NCBI GenBank assembly: GCA_951406725.2
Contig: OX597814.1
Location: forward strand, 207,452,001 to 207,516,000
From: Octopus vulgaris
Taxonomy: Eukaryota
Direction of reading: 5' to 3'
DNA length: 64,000 bases
Shown here piece by piece: positions 24,068-37,700 of this stretch (the stretch's first letter is position 1; each line of letters opens with the position of its first letter). The notes under the pieces were generated by a model, which worked only from the letters and a program-made list of their open reading frames with translations, did not search any database and was not told the origin of the DNA. Made by a program: the position numbers and the translations under genes.

Positions 24068-25420
24068 GTGAGTTTACTTTTGATTATATTCTACACTAAT
24101 GTGTTTTTGTATGTTTTGGAAATGTAAAATATATATTTGAGTGTATACATATAAACAAAAACAGTTTGTGTGACTGACTGAAGTGATTATGATCTGAATT
24201 CAAATTTAGCAACAGGTGTTGCGTTGTAACCTTGGAAAAGATACATGATGTCAACTGCTTCTGTGTCCACTTTGATGGAAAAACTTTACACTTGGTTGTT
24301 ATTCCTGTAACCCACTGATGTTTATTTAGGTCTCAAGTCATCCTCTTTGAGTCCATTCATTTTCCATGCTTTACCCTGAATTGAAGCTAAATCAAGCAGT
24401 TGTTAATTACTTTGCATTATTTTTTATTAATAGCATTGATTTATTCCAGCTCTGCAGTATCTATTTACAGCCTTGAGGTCTGAACTGTTGAGTGTCTTGG
24501 TCATGGATACAAACCATTGTCAGTGGTTGGATTAGAACTTCTGTGATCTTATTTAACACTACATCAACTTAAACTACATCATCAAATCAGAGCCAGCCCT
24601 GGAACTTTTACATGGTTACTTAGCCTACTAGAAATAAGATACTTCTCCACAAATCACATTTCACTCTCTTAAGGAAAAAAAAAGGGATACATAAGATAAT
24701 GTAGTTCTAGATACACTATATCTGGAAAAAAAAATGGATAGGTCATAGATCTGCTTGGTCAGCGTTGACTTCTGGCTAAACAGTAGTTTAAACCTAACAG
24801 CTAAACAATAGATCTAGTTGATCTGGGGGCTCAACAACATTTCATTTATTTTGCTGTAGATTTTCATTTTAATGTTATCAGGTAAATTTCTTCCATGCTA
24901 CTTAAGAGAGATTTAGAATTTATAAAAGTTACACTATTCAAGCATTAATAGTTGCAACATAATTTTGTACATGTCGATAATCTAATGTATCAGTGCTTCA
25001 AGGGTTGTAGTTGAGCTTGCAACCTAGTTTTTATTCATGATTAGCATCATTGCACATCATTATAATTCATATTAGTCTCTGCAAATTCCAGCTGTTTCTT
25101 CAAGCTTTGGAGAGGGATTGGGACTTCTAGGCTAGCCATGGCATCTTTTATTCCTTTGCTTGTTTCAGTCATTGAAGTTCAGCCATGCTGGGGCACTCTC
25201 TGGAAGGATTTATCTGAATAAATCAACCTCAGCACTATATTTAAAATCTGGTACTTATTCCATTGGTCATTTTTGCTTAATTGCTAGGTTATTGGAAGGT
25301 AAACAAACCAACATCTGTTTTCTAGCAGTGTCTGTGTGTAGGGAAACACAGAAACACATGCATATGTTCATCATCATTAAACATCCATTTTCCATGCTGG
25401 CATGGGTTGAATTGATATAT

Positions 25421-25798
25421 TTGGATTGGAAGCACTCCGTTGGTTACGACGACGAGGGTTCTGGTTGATCTGAATCAACGGAACAGCCTGCTCGTGAAAT
25501 TAACGTGTAAGTGGCTGAACACTCCACAGACACGTGTACCCTTAACGTAGTTCTCGGGGGTATTCAGCGTGACACAGAGAGTGACAAGGCCGGCCCTTTG
25601 AAATACAGGTACAACAGAAACGGGAAGTAAGAGTGAGAGAAAGTTGTGGTGAAAGAGTACAGCAGGGATCACCACCATCCCCTGCCGGAGCCTCGTGGAG
25701 TTTTTAGGTTTTTTTGCTCAATAAACACTCACAACGCCTGGTCTGGGAATCGAAACCGCGAGTCCGCTGCCCTAACCACTGGGCCATTGCGCCTCCAC
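25421..25798 (-). mobile_element. SINE family B, full length, nested in an RTE tail inside a family A SINE
   Basis: 14-bp TSD ttgaattgatatat at 25407-25420 and 25799-25812; matches 9349-9734. Confidence 0.9.
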
Positions 25799-26459
25799 TT
25801 GAATTGATATATGTGTGTGTATGAAGGGCTTCCATGCGGTTTCTGTCTACCAGATCCATTCACAAGGCATTAGTCAGCCCAAGTCTTTAGCAGAAGACTC
25901 TCACCCGAGGTGCAGTGCAGTAGGACTGAACCTGAAACCACACAGTTGCAAAGTGAGCTTGTTAAACTCACAGCTGTGCCTGCACTGGGAAAAAAAAGAT
26001 TATTTCTACATGGCCCCCTTAAAAAACATAATCCTACCATGACGCACAACTGCCAATTATGTATGTATATAAGAAAATTGAGGATTCATACTGGTGGGAT
26101 TTGCAATTAAGCAGAAAATGTATTCAAAATTGTTGGAGAAAGTGCAATAATGTTTATTCAAAGCCAAGTCTATATGAATTGTTAGTACAAGTTTCTTCTT
26201 TCCATTCTTCAGACAATTGAAAATCTCTGTATCTGTTTGGATAGACTCAACATTGAATAGATAGATATTTGTGTGTGTGTGTATATGTATATATTTAATA
26301 TTTAAAAGGATTTACTCAAATCATTCTTGCACATGTTACAATAAAAGTACTGAGGTATATATGTGTGTGTATATGTATGTATATATATATACCGGAGTAA
26401 ACACATAAATGTGAAACAAGGTGAAAATAAGAGTACTCAAATACCAGGGGTAGAGTAAG

Positions 26460-26631
26460 ATGCTTTATTTAAAAGCAGCAGAAATTCAACAAAATCTGTT
26501 ACTCTGAGTTTCACGTTCCCATTTGTCGGACAGTTTTTGTTAAAATTTTAACAAAAACTGTCCGACAAATGGGAACGTGAAACTCAGTGTAACAGGTTTT
26601 GTTGAATTTCTGCTGCTTTTGAATAAAGCAT
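26460..26631. repeat. 172-bp spacerless palindrome, Penelope-like pLTR tail-to-tail junction
   Basis: 86-bp arms with 3 mismatches centred on 26545/26546. Each arm carries a hammerhead-like motif. Confidence 0.9.
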
Positions 26632-26709
26632 AATGTATATATATATATGCTTCTTATTTAACTTTTAATGACTGTTTATCCATGATAAACTATAATTATT
26701 TACAGACTG

Positions 26710-27900
26710 AATAAAGCTATACCTAGCTCTATACTTAGTCCACCTGTAATGCATACCTAAACGGAACAAATATCATATAAATTAACTGCTGGATATCAAG
26801 TAGATCCATAAGTATAGAAGGAAATCCAATTTAAGACAATCAGGAAATTACCTTCATCAGCTGCCTAACAAATGTCATTGTGATTTTGACACACTAAGCA
26901 AGAACATTTCTTATATTTCATCAATATATATATGACACAGTTAAAACATGCAAATAATCATAATTCAACTTAGATATGTTATATAACTAAGTAATAATAA
27001 AATATAAGAAACAAAGACTAACTCACAAATTGTATATGCCAATCTTGACATAAATGAAAATTGAAAATTATCTAATAAAGGTAATTTTAGAAATAAACTA
27101 TTTATTAATAAATATAACAATAAAAACAAACCTTGATTTGAAGAATGACATGCAGTTATATTAGACTGCTAGCTTACAATCATAGCCAATACTATCAGAG
27201 AGTTAGTTTCCATGTTCTACTTGTAAAGGCTCCTATGCACAAAAGAAAGAGTTCTACCACTGACTAGAATTTGCAGAGGTAAATTAATACACAAACCTAA
27301 AGTGACAGATATCCAGTGAGAAAAAGGGCAAATCTATGTGGTAACATCATCTAAACAACCCAAGCAAACATTCTAATCAGTAAATTAGAAACAATATCAC
27401 TCTGCGAGCTTGATGTTGCCCTGAATGCCCTTACAATACCTTTGTGCAAATTGAGATTACAATTAAATTGACTAATTTAATTGACTTTTTAGCATAAAAA
27501 TGAACCCCCAAGAAGATTATTAGTAACCTCAAGCAGTAATTTTTCCCCTCTTAGTTATTTTTCCAAATCTTATTATTTGTGCTGCAAATACATGATATTA
27601 TAGTCTGCTAGCCAAGCAACTATCAGCATAAGGTATCATTGCTACTTGAAAATTAAACTCGCTTGTCTTATTGTACACAGTAACTTTAGATGCATTACAG
27701 ATGTGTTCTTGCTTTGTGTGTCAAAATCACAATGACATTTGTTAGGCAGCTGATGAAGGTAATTTCCTGATTGTCTTAAATTGGATTTTCATCTGTACTT
27801 ATGGATCTACTTGATATCCAGTAGTTAACTTACATGATATTTGTTTCGTTTAGGTATGCATTACAGGTGGACTAAGTATAGATCTAGGTATAGCTTTATT
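26710..27900. repeat. 197-bp inverted repeats (26710-26906 and 27704-27900) around a ~800-bp spacer; probable Penelope-like element
   Basis: Arms are near-identical reverse complements and contain CTGATGA followed by AGGTAA. Confidence 0.8.
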
Positions 27901-30900
27901 TACCTAAAACATCTGAATAATTAAGTTTATTAACATCCCTACCATTCCTGCTAACCTCCAAATCTCTTGGGTAAATTTTAAATAATAAACTTTCAAAGAA
28001 ACTACAATTGAATGGAATTATAGTGGTAAATGGAGGTGGAGTCACAAGGGGGTTCAAGTCTGCTTGTGACTACATAGACACCTAAAACAATTAGCAAAAA
28101 TATGACACATGGTATCCAGTCATACTTACCTGTAGGTGATGGCTGACTCTTAATTTGTATGCATGTATTTATGTATATGTATCTATGTATGTATTGCCAC
28201 CCTCTTACTTTTATCTCACCTCTTACCCTTGTATCTTTAGGAGCCCTCTACCTTCTTTTTCCCTCACTGCACCCTTTGTTTTCTTCTTGCCCAATCCCTC
28301 TTTCCATCCTCTCCATTGCTTCCCCATTTAGCATGCTTTCACAGCATTCACTCTCTGCTCTTCCTATCCTTATTTTACCCTCCAACATCTCTTTCACTCA
28401 CTGCTCCAAACTACTTCACCTCAATGGCTGCCTCTTTTTCTCTCCCCCGCTGTCCTCTCCCCACAACTTCTCTGCCTTCTCAACACCAATTTGCATCTTT
28501 CTCACTCAGACTTACCACCATGGTACTACCCTGCCCTTATTCACCTACCTTTCTTTCAATGACCCTCTTAGGATTTTTCTCCACCCTTGTCTATTTCTCT
28601 CCTGCCTCTGTCCCCTCATACTGGTTATGTATACTTACCTCTTATAATGTTGGGTTGCCCTAACCCCAACCTTAGACAATAATCCCTCTCTACTTTCAAG
28701 GCCACCCCTGCTTTTTTCTTCACTGGCCCCTCAGTAATCCTTTCCCTCTCCCTTGTTCCCTGCCCACCTACAAATCCTCTCTTCTTACCATCCTCCATTT
28801 TGCTCCCTAGAGTTATTGCTCACACTCTCTTCTATTCCCCTTCAGTTACAGGGGCCATATTCGGCCCTCAGCCTTTAAAGTTATGAAGTGATCTTTACTA
28901 GTGCTTGTGCCATGAAAAGAAAAAAATCATTTATTACAGTCTGAAAAGTGGTTGGCATTAGGAAGAGCATCCAGCCATAGAAACCATGACAAACAAACAA
29001 GACACCGGCATATGATTCAGTCCTTGGACTTATCAAGATCCTGTTGGAACAAGATATATATATGTATATGCATGCACACATACACACACAGAGTATTCCT
29101 GTCCTTAATGGCATGTCATCTTTGAAGAATTCTTGACTCTTGAGAATTCCTTTCCCTCTTATATGGAGCTGGTTCCAATTGCCATTTGGTAACTGCGACA
29201 TATTCTCTAGAAGCAAAGCTAATTTGAATAACTCAAGAATTTATGTTGTATGGTATTTGATATATCTGCATTTGTCTGTGTTGTTCAAATGCATGCCACT
29301 TGTTACTCTGAGTTATTTCTCATAGCTCATTTTTTATTCAAATTATGCAAATTACCTAAGTAAGAAATGTTTATTCATTTTTTTCCCCTTATGTCTAAAT
29401 CCCTTGACTACTGGAAATAAGGGATGACAATTGTCTTTTTCCTCAATGGCATGTTGATTTCAGATAATTCTTGGTTCTGGGAATTCTTATAAGGAGCTGG
29501 TTCTAAATGCCATTTGGCGATTGTAACACAGCTTCTAGAAGTGGAGCTAATTTTAATAAACCCAAAATTTTTGTATGATATTTGATATACCTGTATTTGT
29601 CTAAATATGTATATAATGCATGCATGTGTGTATGTATGTATATATATATAGGTTATACCAATTTATGCAGATATGTTTACTTATATGTACACACACACAT
29701 ATAGTGCATTAGTGTTATATTCCTTCTGAATGCACAGTACTTTTAGTACATCTTAAGTTTTGTTAACTAATTTGTCATCAAATTTTTAGCGCCCTACTGT
29801 GACCTTTTGAATAATTTAAATTCTTCCACTGAGTTGCATTGTACGAATATTATGTTGTAAGCGATATCTCTATGTTGTCAAGTATGTGTTTCTGTTTGTT
29901 TTGTTGCTGTTTGTGTGCTTCTGTGCCGAGTTTTTATTCTTTATCTTCATCTGCATAATAACGTTGGTTTTTTTTGGGGTTTTTTTTTGAGAAAAGAACA
30001 TGTTTTGGCTTAGAACATAATGCAGTATCTATTGCAGGATTAAAGCCTATCTAGATCCATATAGCTACGTGCCATATGATCCCTTTCATCATCTCACTTA
30101 ATGTCTTTGGTTTTCTTTTTTTTTTTTACACCTATGTAAATATATTTTCCTAATTTTTCTCTTGCAGTTCTTTTTAAGTATATATGGTTTTTAACACTAT
30201 TATTTATTTATTCATGTGCCCAGCCTCCATTCTCGAAAAATCTGTTCATAATTATACTTAAGAAAATATTTTGGATATTCTCATATATATATATATAAAG
30301 TGTGTATAAAGAGCAAAATTTGGTCTGTTGCCAATCTTTTTATTGAACAAACAATTTCTCATTGATGCCTTACTGTCACACTGTTTTGCTATGTATCTCA
30401 CTCACTAAAAAATTGGCACCTTACTTAGGTATGATATCAAAGAAACTGATATATCTTGTTTCTCATAGCACTTCTATAGTAATGTTTTATTATTTACTAT
30501 TATAAAGTAATGTATAGAGCAGTGAAGTGAAATGGAATAGCAGAGATACTTTCAGTATATTTACCCTCTATATTCTGTGTTCAAATCCTACTAGGCTCAG
30601 CTTTGCTTTAAACTTCTCTGTGGAGATGGAGATAGGGTGGGGCAACAAATTGCACTGGAGTTTCATTCAGCTTTGGGTTGTTCTTATTCTTTTACTAGTT
30701 TCAGTCATTTGACTGCGGCCATGCTGGAGCATTACCTTTAGTTGAACAAATCAACCCTTATTTTTTGTAAGCCTAGTACTTATTCTATCAGACTTTTTTG
30801 TCAAGCCACTAAGTTACAGGGACGTAAACATACCACCATCGGTTGCCAAGCGATGCCGGTGGGGACAAACACAGACATACAAACACACATATGCACACAC

Positions 30901-32807
30901 ACACACACACACGATGGGCTTCTTTCAGTTTCTGTCTACCAAATCCACTCACAAGGCTTTGGTCAGCCCGAGGCTATAGTAGAAGACAATTGCCCAAGGT
31001 GCCATGCAGTGTGACTTAACCTGAAACCATGTGGTCGGTAAACAAGCTACATCCCACACAGCCACTCCTGCACCTGAAAAAATTAGAGACACACAAATTG
31101 GGAGAAACTTTTTTATCCTTTGCTTGCTTCTGTCATTCAACTGCAGCCATGCTTGAACACCCCCTTGAAGGGGTTTTTATTTTAGTCAAATAAATCGATT
31201 CCAGGAATTTCTTTTTATAAGTTTGATACTTATTCTATTGGTTTCTTTGTTAAACTGCTAAATTATGGGGATGCTATTTGTCAAGCATTTAACATCTGCC
31301 TTCCATGCCGGCATGGGTTAGACAGTTTGACAGGAGCTGGCCAAGCAAAAGACTGCACCAGACCTCTGTGTCTCCTTTGGCATGGTTTTTATGGCTAGAT
31401 GCCCTTCTTAACTCCAACCACCCAGCTGAGTGGACCACATAGATACATAAATATATATAACAGGTTTCCACACAGTTTCCTGACTAAGTGTTGGTTGACC
31501 TGAGGCTAATGTAGAAGACACTTGCCCAAGGTGCTGTGCAGTGGGACTGAACCCCAAAACCACAAGGTTACAAACTGAACTTCTTAACCACACAGCCAGA
31601 AATTGTGCACCCACCCAAAAAAAAAAAACATAAAAACATAGCCATCTTCCACTAGTGAGTATAGCTTGATAGTAAGTACCATGCTTCTGTTAATTGTTTT
31701 AAGTGAGCACATAGTCATGAACAAACACTCTTTGGCCTTCCAACCTTTGATCTAGTAGAGCATCAAAGATGTGACAACTGGAGGGTGAAATGAGTGCACC
31801 ATCACTTGACTTGTAGAAATGAAGTGCCTTGTTCAAGGACTTAATGCATTGCTTGATACAGTAATCAAACCCACACTCTTATGATAATGAACCCAACACC
31901 CTAACCACTTGGCCACATTCCCTCACAGAAATAGTGGATTGTTGAATTGGCTATGCAGTTAAGAAGCTTGTATTGCAATCACCTGGTTTCAGGTTCAGTC
32001 CCACTGCATGGCACCTTATTATTCAAGTTAAATTCTTTATGCAGTCAGCTTTACTTTATAAATAATATTCTGAAGTTGATTCAATCTGCTGTTGTTTCAC
32101 ACCTAATAAAAAAAATATGGTCATTATCTGCATCATCATTATTGACTTTTTCTAAATCAATCTCAGGTCTAGTAAATTGTTTTTGTTTTGATATTTGTAG
32201 ACATTTGCACATGAAGGTGTGCGATACATACTTTAATTGCTTCTCTGCTTTGTTACCATAAGCTTGTATTAAATTCTCTAAATGTTTTTGTACTAAGATT
32301 TCACACATGCATATCATCATCATTATCATCACACATGCACAAAACGTAGCTTCTGAATGGGCACCCAATCTGCTAGAAATAACAACCAAATCTTCGTCAA
32401 ACCACACCCTGTCATTTATGAATGAAAAAGAACCCATTGGTTAATGCAGTCCTCAGTAAAAGACAGGATGGTCATGGAGGGAGCACCCTTTGATTATAGG
32501 TTTGTTCGATTAATACTAACTTGGACTTAAACAGTAATAACACAGTGTCCCTTACGGTAGGAAAGCAAAAATGGAAATTTTTGTTTTGTTCATTATATAA
32601 TACTTTTTGAAAGTCCTCATTTTGAGCTCTTTGGGTGAAGCATATAACTTTCCTTGCCTTGTTTTGCCTGGCTGTCAATTTTCCTTCCTGCTTTACAGTT
32701 GAATCATTAGCAAAAGATTTACTGCAATTAAAAGCAAAAATTAACCAATATCAAGTTGCAGATGTGAATGTAAAGCAGTAATGTATCTGTTTGTTTCTGT
32801 GTGTACA

Positions 32808-33199
32808 TCTCTTCTCTCTCTATATAAACGGCAGTTTGTCTGTGCGTTTTCTGTGTGTCTGTTTTCTCGTACCCTCACTCTGACCACGGCTTTCAACCGA
32901 TTCTGATGAAACTTGACACACACATAGCCCAATGTCATAATTCAAAACTAACGCAGCGAAAATTTTGAAAAGTTCCCCCAGTTCTGAAAAAAATCGATAA
33001 ATTCGACATGGGGTCGAGAATCAGAAACCCAAACCACAGACCGTCTAGGGGACGCAACTCCACCTTTTTTAACTCTCAAAAAAAAAATTTACCATAATTT
33101 TTTTTCCATTTTTTTTGCTATTTTTTGGCTATAACTCTCTAAAAATGCTTTATAGTTATTTCCCTTACAAACCTGAGCAACGCCGGGCGATACTGCTAG
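32808..33199 (+). mobile_element. Non-autonomous Helitron
   Basis: 5' TC start, subterminal GC-rich hairpin cc(t/c)gagcaacgccggg, 3' CTAG followed by T, no TIR or TSD. Near-identical to 59483-59869. Confidence 0.75.
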
Positions 33200-33612
33200 T
33201 GTGTTTATATGGTTGTGTGGTTAAGAAGCTCACAATGTATCCACAGTTTTGGGTCCAGTTCCACTGTGTGGCACTCTCAGCAAGTGTCTTGACTATTGCC
33301 CCAGTTCAACCAATTCCTAGTGAGTGAATTTGGTAAATATTGAAACTGTGTGGAAGCCCTTCATGAATGTGTGTGTGTGTCTTTTTGCTTGTAAACATCT
33401 CCTCCCCCCCCCCCACGACTGCTTGGCAACAGATCTTAGTTTGCTTACAGTCTTGTAACTTAGTGGTTTTGGCAAAAGAGAGCTACAGTATAAATACTAC
33501 ACTTAAAAAAAATATAAGTACTGGGGACAATTTGTTTGACTAAACCCTTGAAGGTGGTGTCCCAGCATGGCTGCAGTCCAATGACTGAAACAAGTGAAAG
33601 ACAGGATATATA

Positions 33613-33772
33613 CACTAGCGTAGCTGGCGGGATTGGAGCAGTCTGCCCTGCACAGCACTTTTAAAGGGGCACCACTTTCAGGTCTGCTGTAGCAAAATGT
33701 GTTTTTTGTGGGGTCCGGGGGTAGCAAATGGAAGGGCCACTCCGGGCAGCACACACTCTAGCTACACTAGTG
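33613..33772. mobile_element. hAT-type MITE
   Basis: TIR CACTAG(C/T)GTAGCT with an 8-bp TSD gatatata at 33605-33612 and 33773-33780. Confidence 0.8.
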
Positions 33773-34493
33773 GATATATATATCCCTCTCTATTTGTTCT
33801 CTACTTATTATTCCTTTAACCCTTCTCTTCCTAGTATCTGCCTTTGACGTCAAATCTACTAACGTTTATTTTAAATACTTAATAACGTTCTGTTTATCAT
33901 ATAGGCAGTCATCGTAATTGTTATAATGTCTTGTTGTTGAGAGAGGCTCTCTTTCTTTCCTGATGAGAAGATTGCATTTTACACCGTTTATTGCTTTGGA
34001 ATAAAACCATGTTGTCTTCGAAACATATATTGAAAGTAAAAGAATTTTATTAACATCTTCGTTCAACTCCATTTATTTATTTATTCATTTATATATATAT
34101 ATATATATATATATAGTGGATTCTCATACTGCTTTCAACATATGAGGGCCCAATTCTCAGGTATTTGACTACCCACACAGATGATTCATTTCCATTTGTG
34201 AAGGCTTTTGTAGGAGCAGCCACACATTTTGGAAGTGTTGATAGTAGAAAGTTGGTGCAACTGTTTGCTACAAACTCTGTTAGTTCCTCATCCCCTGGGT
34301 TTTTACATTCACCATAGCTTAGAGTCCAACATGCCCTGATAGACTAAATATGCACCCAGGTATCAAACAAGAAATTTCTAAGTTTCATGTATACATACGT
34401 GTGTGTGTGTGTGTGTAACCTATGCTGTAGATATATAGATAGGGCAAATTTAGCTATTTCTCCATAAATTGAGAAAATGGTGAACAGCTTTAA

Positions 34494-34712
34494 CCCTTTA
34501 GTATTTAAACCGGCCATATCCGGCCAAAATAGTTAATCTGTTTTATGTTCAAACTTACCAGATCTAGGCTCTCACACCTACCCTACAATGTTATTCTACA
34601 TTAAGTAATTACACCATCAAGATCTTGAAGATATGAGATAATGCATGATTAATTCAAATCAATGGGAATCAATAAGTATTATGTTTGATAGAATAATCTG
34701 AACACTAAAGGG
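34494..34712. mobile_element. TTAA-specific (piggyBac-type) MITE; related copy at 52908-53287 interrupted by an RTE tail
   Basis: TTAA|CCCTTTAGTATTTA...TGAACACTAAAGGG|TTAA. Confidence 0.82.
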
Positions 34713-37700
34713 TTAATCAATTTTCGAATTTTATTGACTTCCCATGCTAGCATGGGTTGGACGATTTGACTGGGGTCTGGTAAGCCATGGAGGCTGCACC
34801 AGGCTCCAGTCTGGTTTGGCAGTGTTTCTGCATTACTCTACCCAATCTCAGAGAAATTAACAGGCAGTCCATTTATATACTCCACAAATCCAGTAGCTAC
34901 TGAGAACGGCAGCTACTTATTTGCCTATCATAAGTGTTTAGCATTTTATTTAATACCAGCAACCTGTCCACAGGGATCTTAATCCACACAGTATCAGGGC
35001 ATTATATATGTAACCTATATAGTAGATATACAAACAAGGCAAATTTTGCTATTTCTCTGTAGATTGGAAAAAAATTAGGTATAGCCGTTAATCAGTTTTT
35101 GAATTTTAGATTGAGGCAATCTGCTGTGCTAGAGAAGGCCTATCCAGCTAAATAAAATCGAAGCCATAAAGACTTGTCCATTATGTCCATGCCTCTGGAC
35201 ACAGTCTGTCCCTGACAAACCTGTCCCCCACATCTCTTTTTCCTAACACCTCTTCCTACCCCCACCCATATTCACCATCACTGTGTTCCCCTGCCCCCTG
35301 TCTCCTACTCTCTCTTGCTAATCTACTTGCACACAACATGTCTCTGTTGAATCTCTTTCCCCACAACATATCTTCCTCACATCCCCTCCCTCTACCTGTG
35401 CCCACCCGCTCTCTTACTACAGTTTCTCCTTCCCTCCATCTTCCAATCTCATGAACTTACCCATCCACTCACCTTATCCAATCTGTTGTCCACTTCACTA
35501 TATACACCTTCCTGTAACTGGGATGTATGCACCACCACATCTTCACCATCTTATCTCTCTCTCTCCAACTTATGTAGCCTCGTATCTCTTTTATTTTTCA
35601 TGTATTATGTATTATTTACATGCACACTTAGTTTAAATATATAAAATACTTTCTGTACTAGATCCCAGATTCAGTTTTAAAAAGAAAAGCTTAAGTATTT
35701 CATCATCATCATCATCATTTAACGTCCGTTTTCCATGCTAGCATGGGGTCTGGTAAGCCATGGAGGCTGCACCAGGCTCCAGTCTGGTTTGGCAGTGTTT
35801 CTACAGCTGGATGCCCTTCCTAACGCCAACCACTCCGAGAGTGTAGTGGGTGTTTTTTACGTGCCACCGGCACTTTGCACACATTCATTCACAAAATGCT
35901 GTTTATATGCAAGTTTAATGTACGTTGTGCATGTGCATATACATTGTATGTGGGTATGTATATGTATGTGTGTGTTGAATTTCTTCATTAAATTCCACTT
36001 TCGAGCCATTGGCCATTCCAAAGCTTCAGTAGAATACACTTGCTCAAAATACCATACATTGGAGCCAAAGCAGGTGATAAAGCAAGCTTCTTAAGTGCAC
36101 GGATTCCCTCAGAAGTACCAATATGAAATAATACATTCTTTTTTTTTTTCCCCCCTTTGTGTGTTAGTACTCAAAGGTGGTACCTGACCACTGTCTCTTC
36201 ACATACTTGCACATACCTCCTTATATTGGTTCATATAAGTGTAGGGATGGCTATCATCATCATCATCATCATTTAACGTCAGTTTTCCGCACTAGCACGG
36301 GTTGGACGGTTCGACCGGGTTCTGGGAAGCCAGGGGCTGCACCCGGCTCCAGTCTGATCTGCCAGTGTTTCTACAGCTGGATGCCCTTCCTGATGCCAAC
36401 CACTCTGCTATGTGGTAAGGCGGCGAGCTGGCAGAACCGTTAGCACGCCGGGCAAAATGCGTAGCCGTATTTCGTCTGCCGTTACGTTCTGAGTTCAAAT
36501 TCCGCCGAGGTCGACTTTGCCTTTCATCCTTTCGGGGTCGATAAATTAAGTACCAGTTACGCACTGGGGTCGATGTAATCGACTTAATTCGTTTGTCTGT
36601 CCTTGTTTGTCCCCTCTATGTTTAGCCCCTTGTGGGTAATAAAGAAACATATGTGGTTATGAAGTTCATTTCATGTCTGCAGCAAGTTCTGGGTTCAACC
36701 CCACTGCACGGCGCCATGAGTGAGTGTTTTCTACCATAGCCTCAGATTATCAATAACTTACGAATAGAGTATCGTAGTCGGAAAGTGTGTCAAAACCTGT
36801 TATTTGTATGTATATATCTTTTGCCAAGGAATATCAGTGAATATAGTAAACATCTGAGAAAACCTAAAAGGCAAGTGCTCTGTAAATTAAGCCCTTTGGG
36901 ATATTTACTTGTACCGAGTTACAGACACTCTCTTGGCATCCCTGTATTTAATAATAAATGAAAAGATTAAGAAAATATACACAAAGACATATATATATAT
37001 ATATATATATATGAAGGTGAGAATATATATTTTATGTGTTTGTATTTATATATAATTTGAGTATATAATATGTATACCGATATATGTGGTTATATGAGTG
37101 TGTGTGTATTTATATTAGACAAAGAGAGAAATATAAAAATAAGATTAATAAGTAGTTATACAAATGAAAAAAAAAAATGAGAGATAACAATATGTGTTTA
37201 TATGTATTTTAAACTATTAACATATGTAAATAAACAGAAATGCGTAGAGATAATGAGAGCCAGATGGGAATAATCATTTATGTAACATATAAAAATGCAG
37301 TCATGCTTACAGGAAAAGAGAAAGAAGTTGAGAAAAGGAGAGATCTATCATTGGCTATAAGTGAATGGATGAGACTTCACAGTATACAGTTGTAGAGTGT
37401 ACATGTATATATATATATGTATGTATGTATGTGTGTGTGTGTGTGTGTGAATGGGAAATAGTGAATCTCTGAAAGTAAAGCAAAGCTATTTTTTTCTTCT
37501 TTATTCTGTATCAGCAATGACCTTGAACAAACCATGCAAGATTACATAAAGCCTGGCTTGAATGAATAATACAGAACTATTTGTTGCCGGTATTAGCTAT
37601 TGAGTAGAGTGATAAGCCAGCTATTGTTATGACAATCACTTGAACAATCATGACAGGAATTCTCCAGTGGAAGTGTAACAGCTGGGTGAAGGAGAATGTT

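Noticed and set aside
24068-24099. Last codons and stop of the 781-aa ORF
   Set aside because: They follow a consensus GTGAGT donor and are most likely intron read-through.
28140-28870. 162-aa and 115-aa hydrophobic ORFs in a pyrimidine-rich tract; similar tracts at 35220-35600 and 49200-50120
   Set aside because: Low-complexity CT/GA-biased DNA lacks stops by composition; probably decayed repeat tails.
36850-36960. Possible further hammerhead relics (ctgagaaaacctaaaaggcaa here; ctgatcccataaaaactcagtgacagg near 15377-15403)
   Set aside because: Core too degenerate to distinguish from chance.
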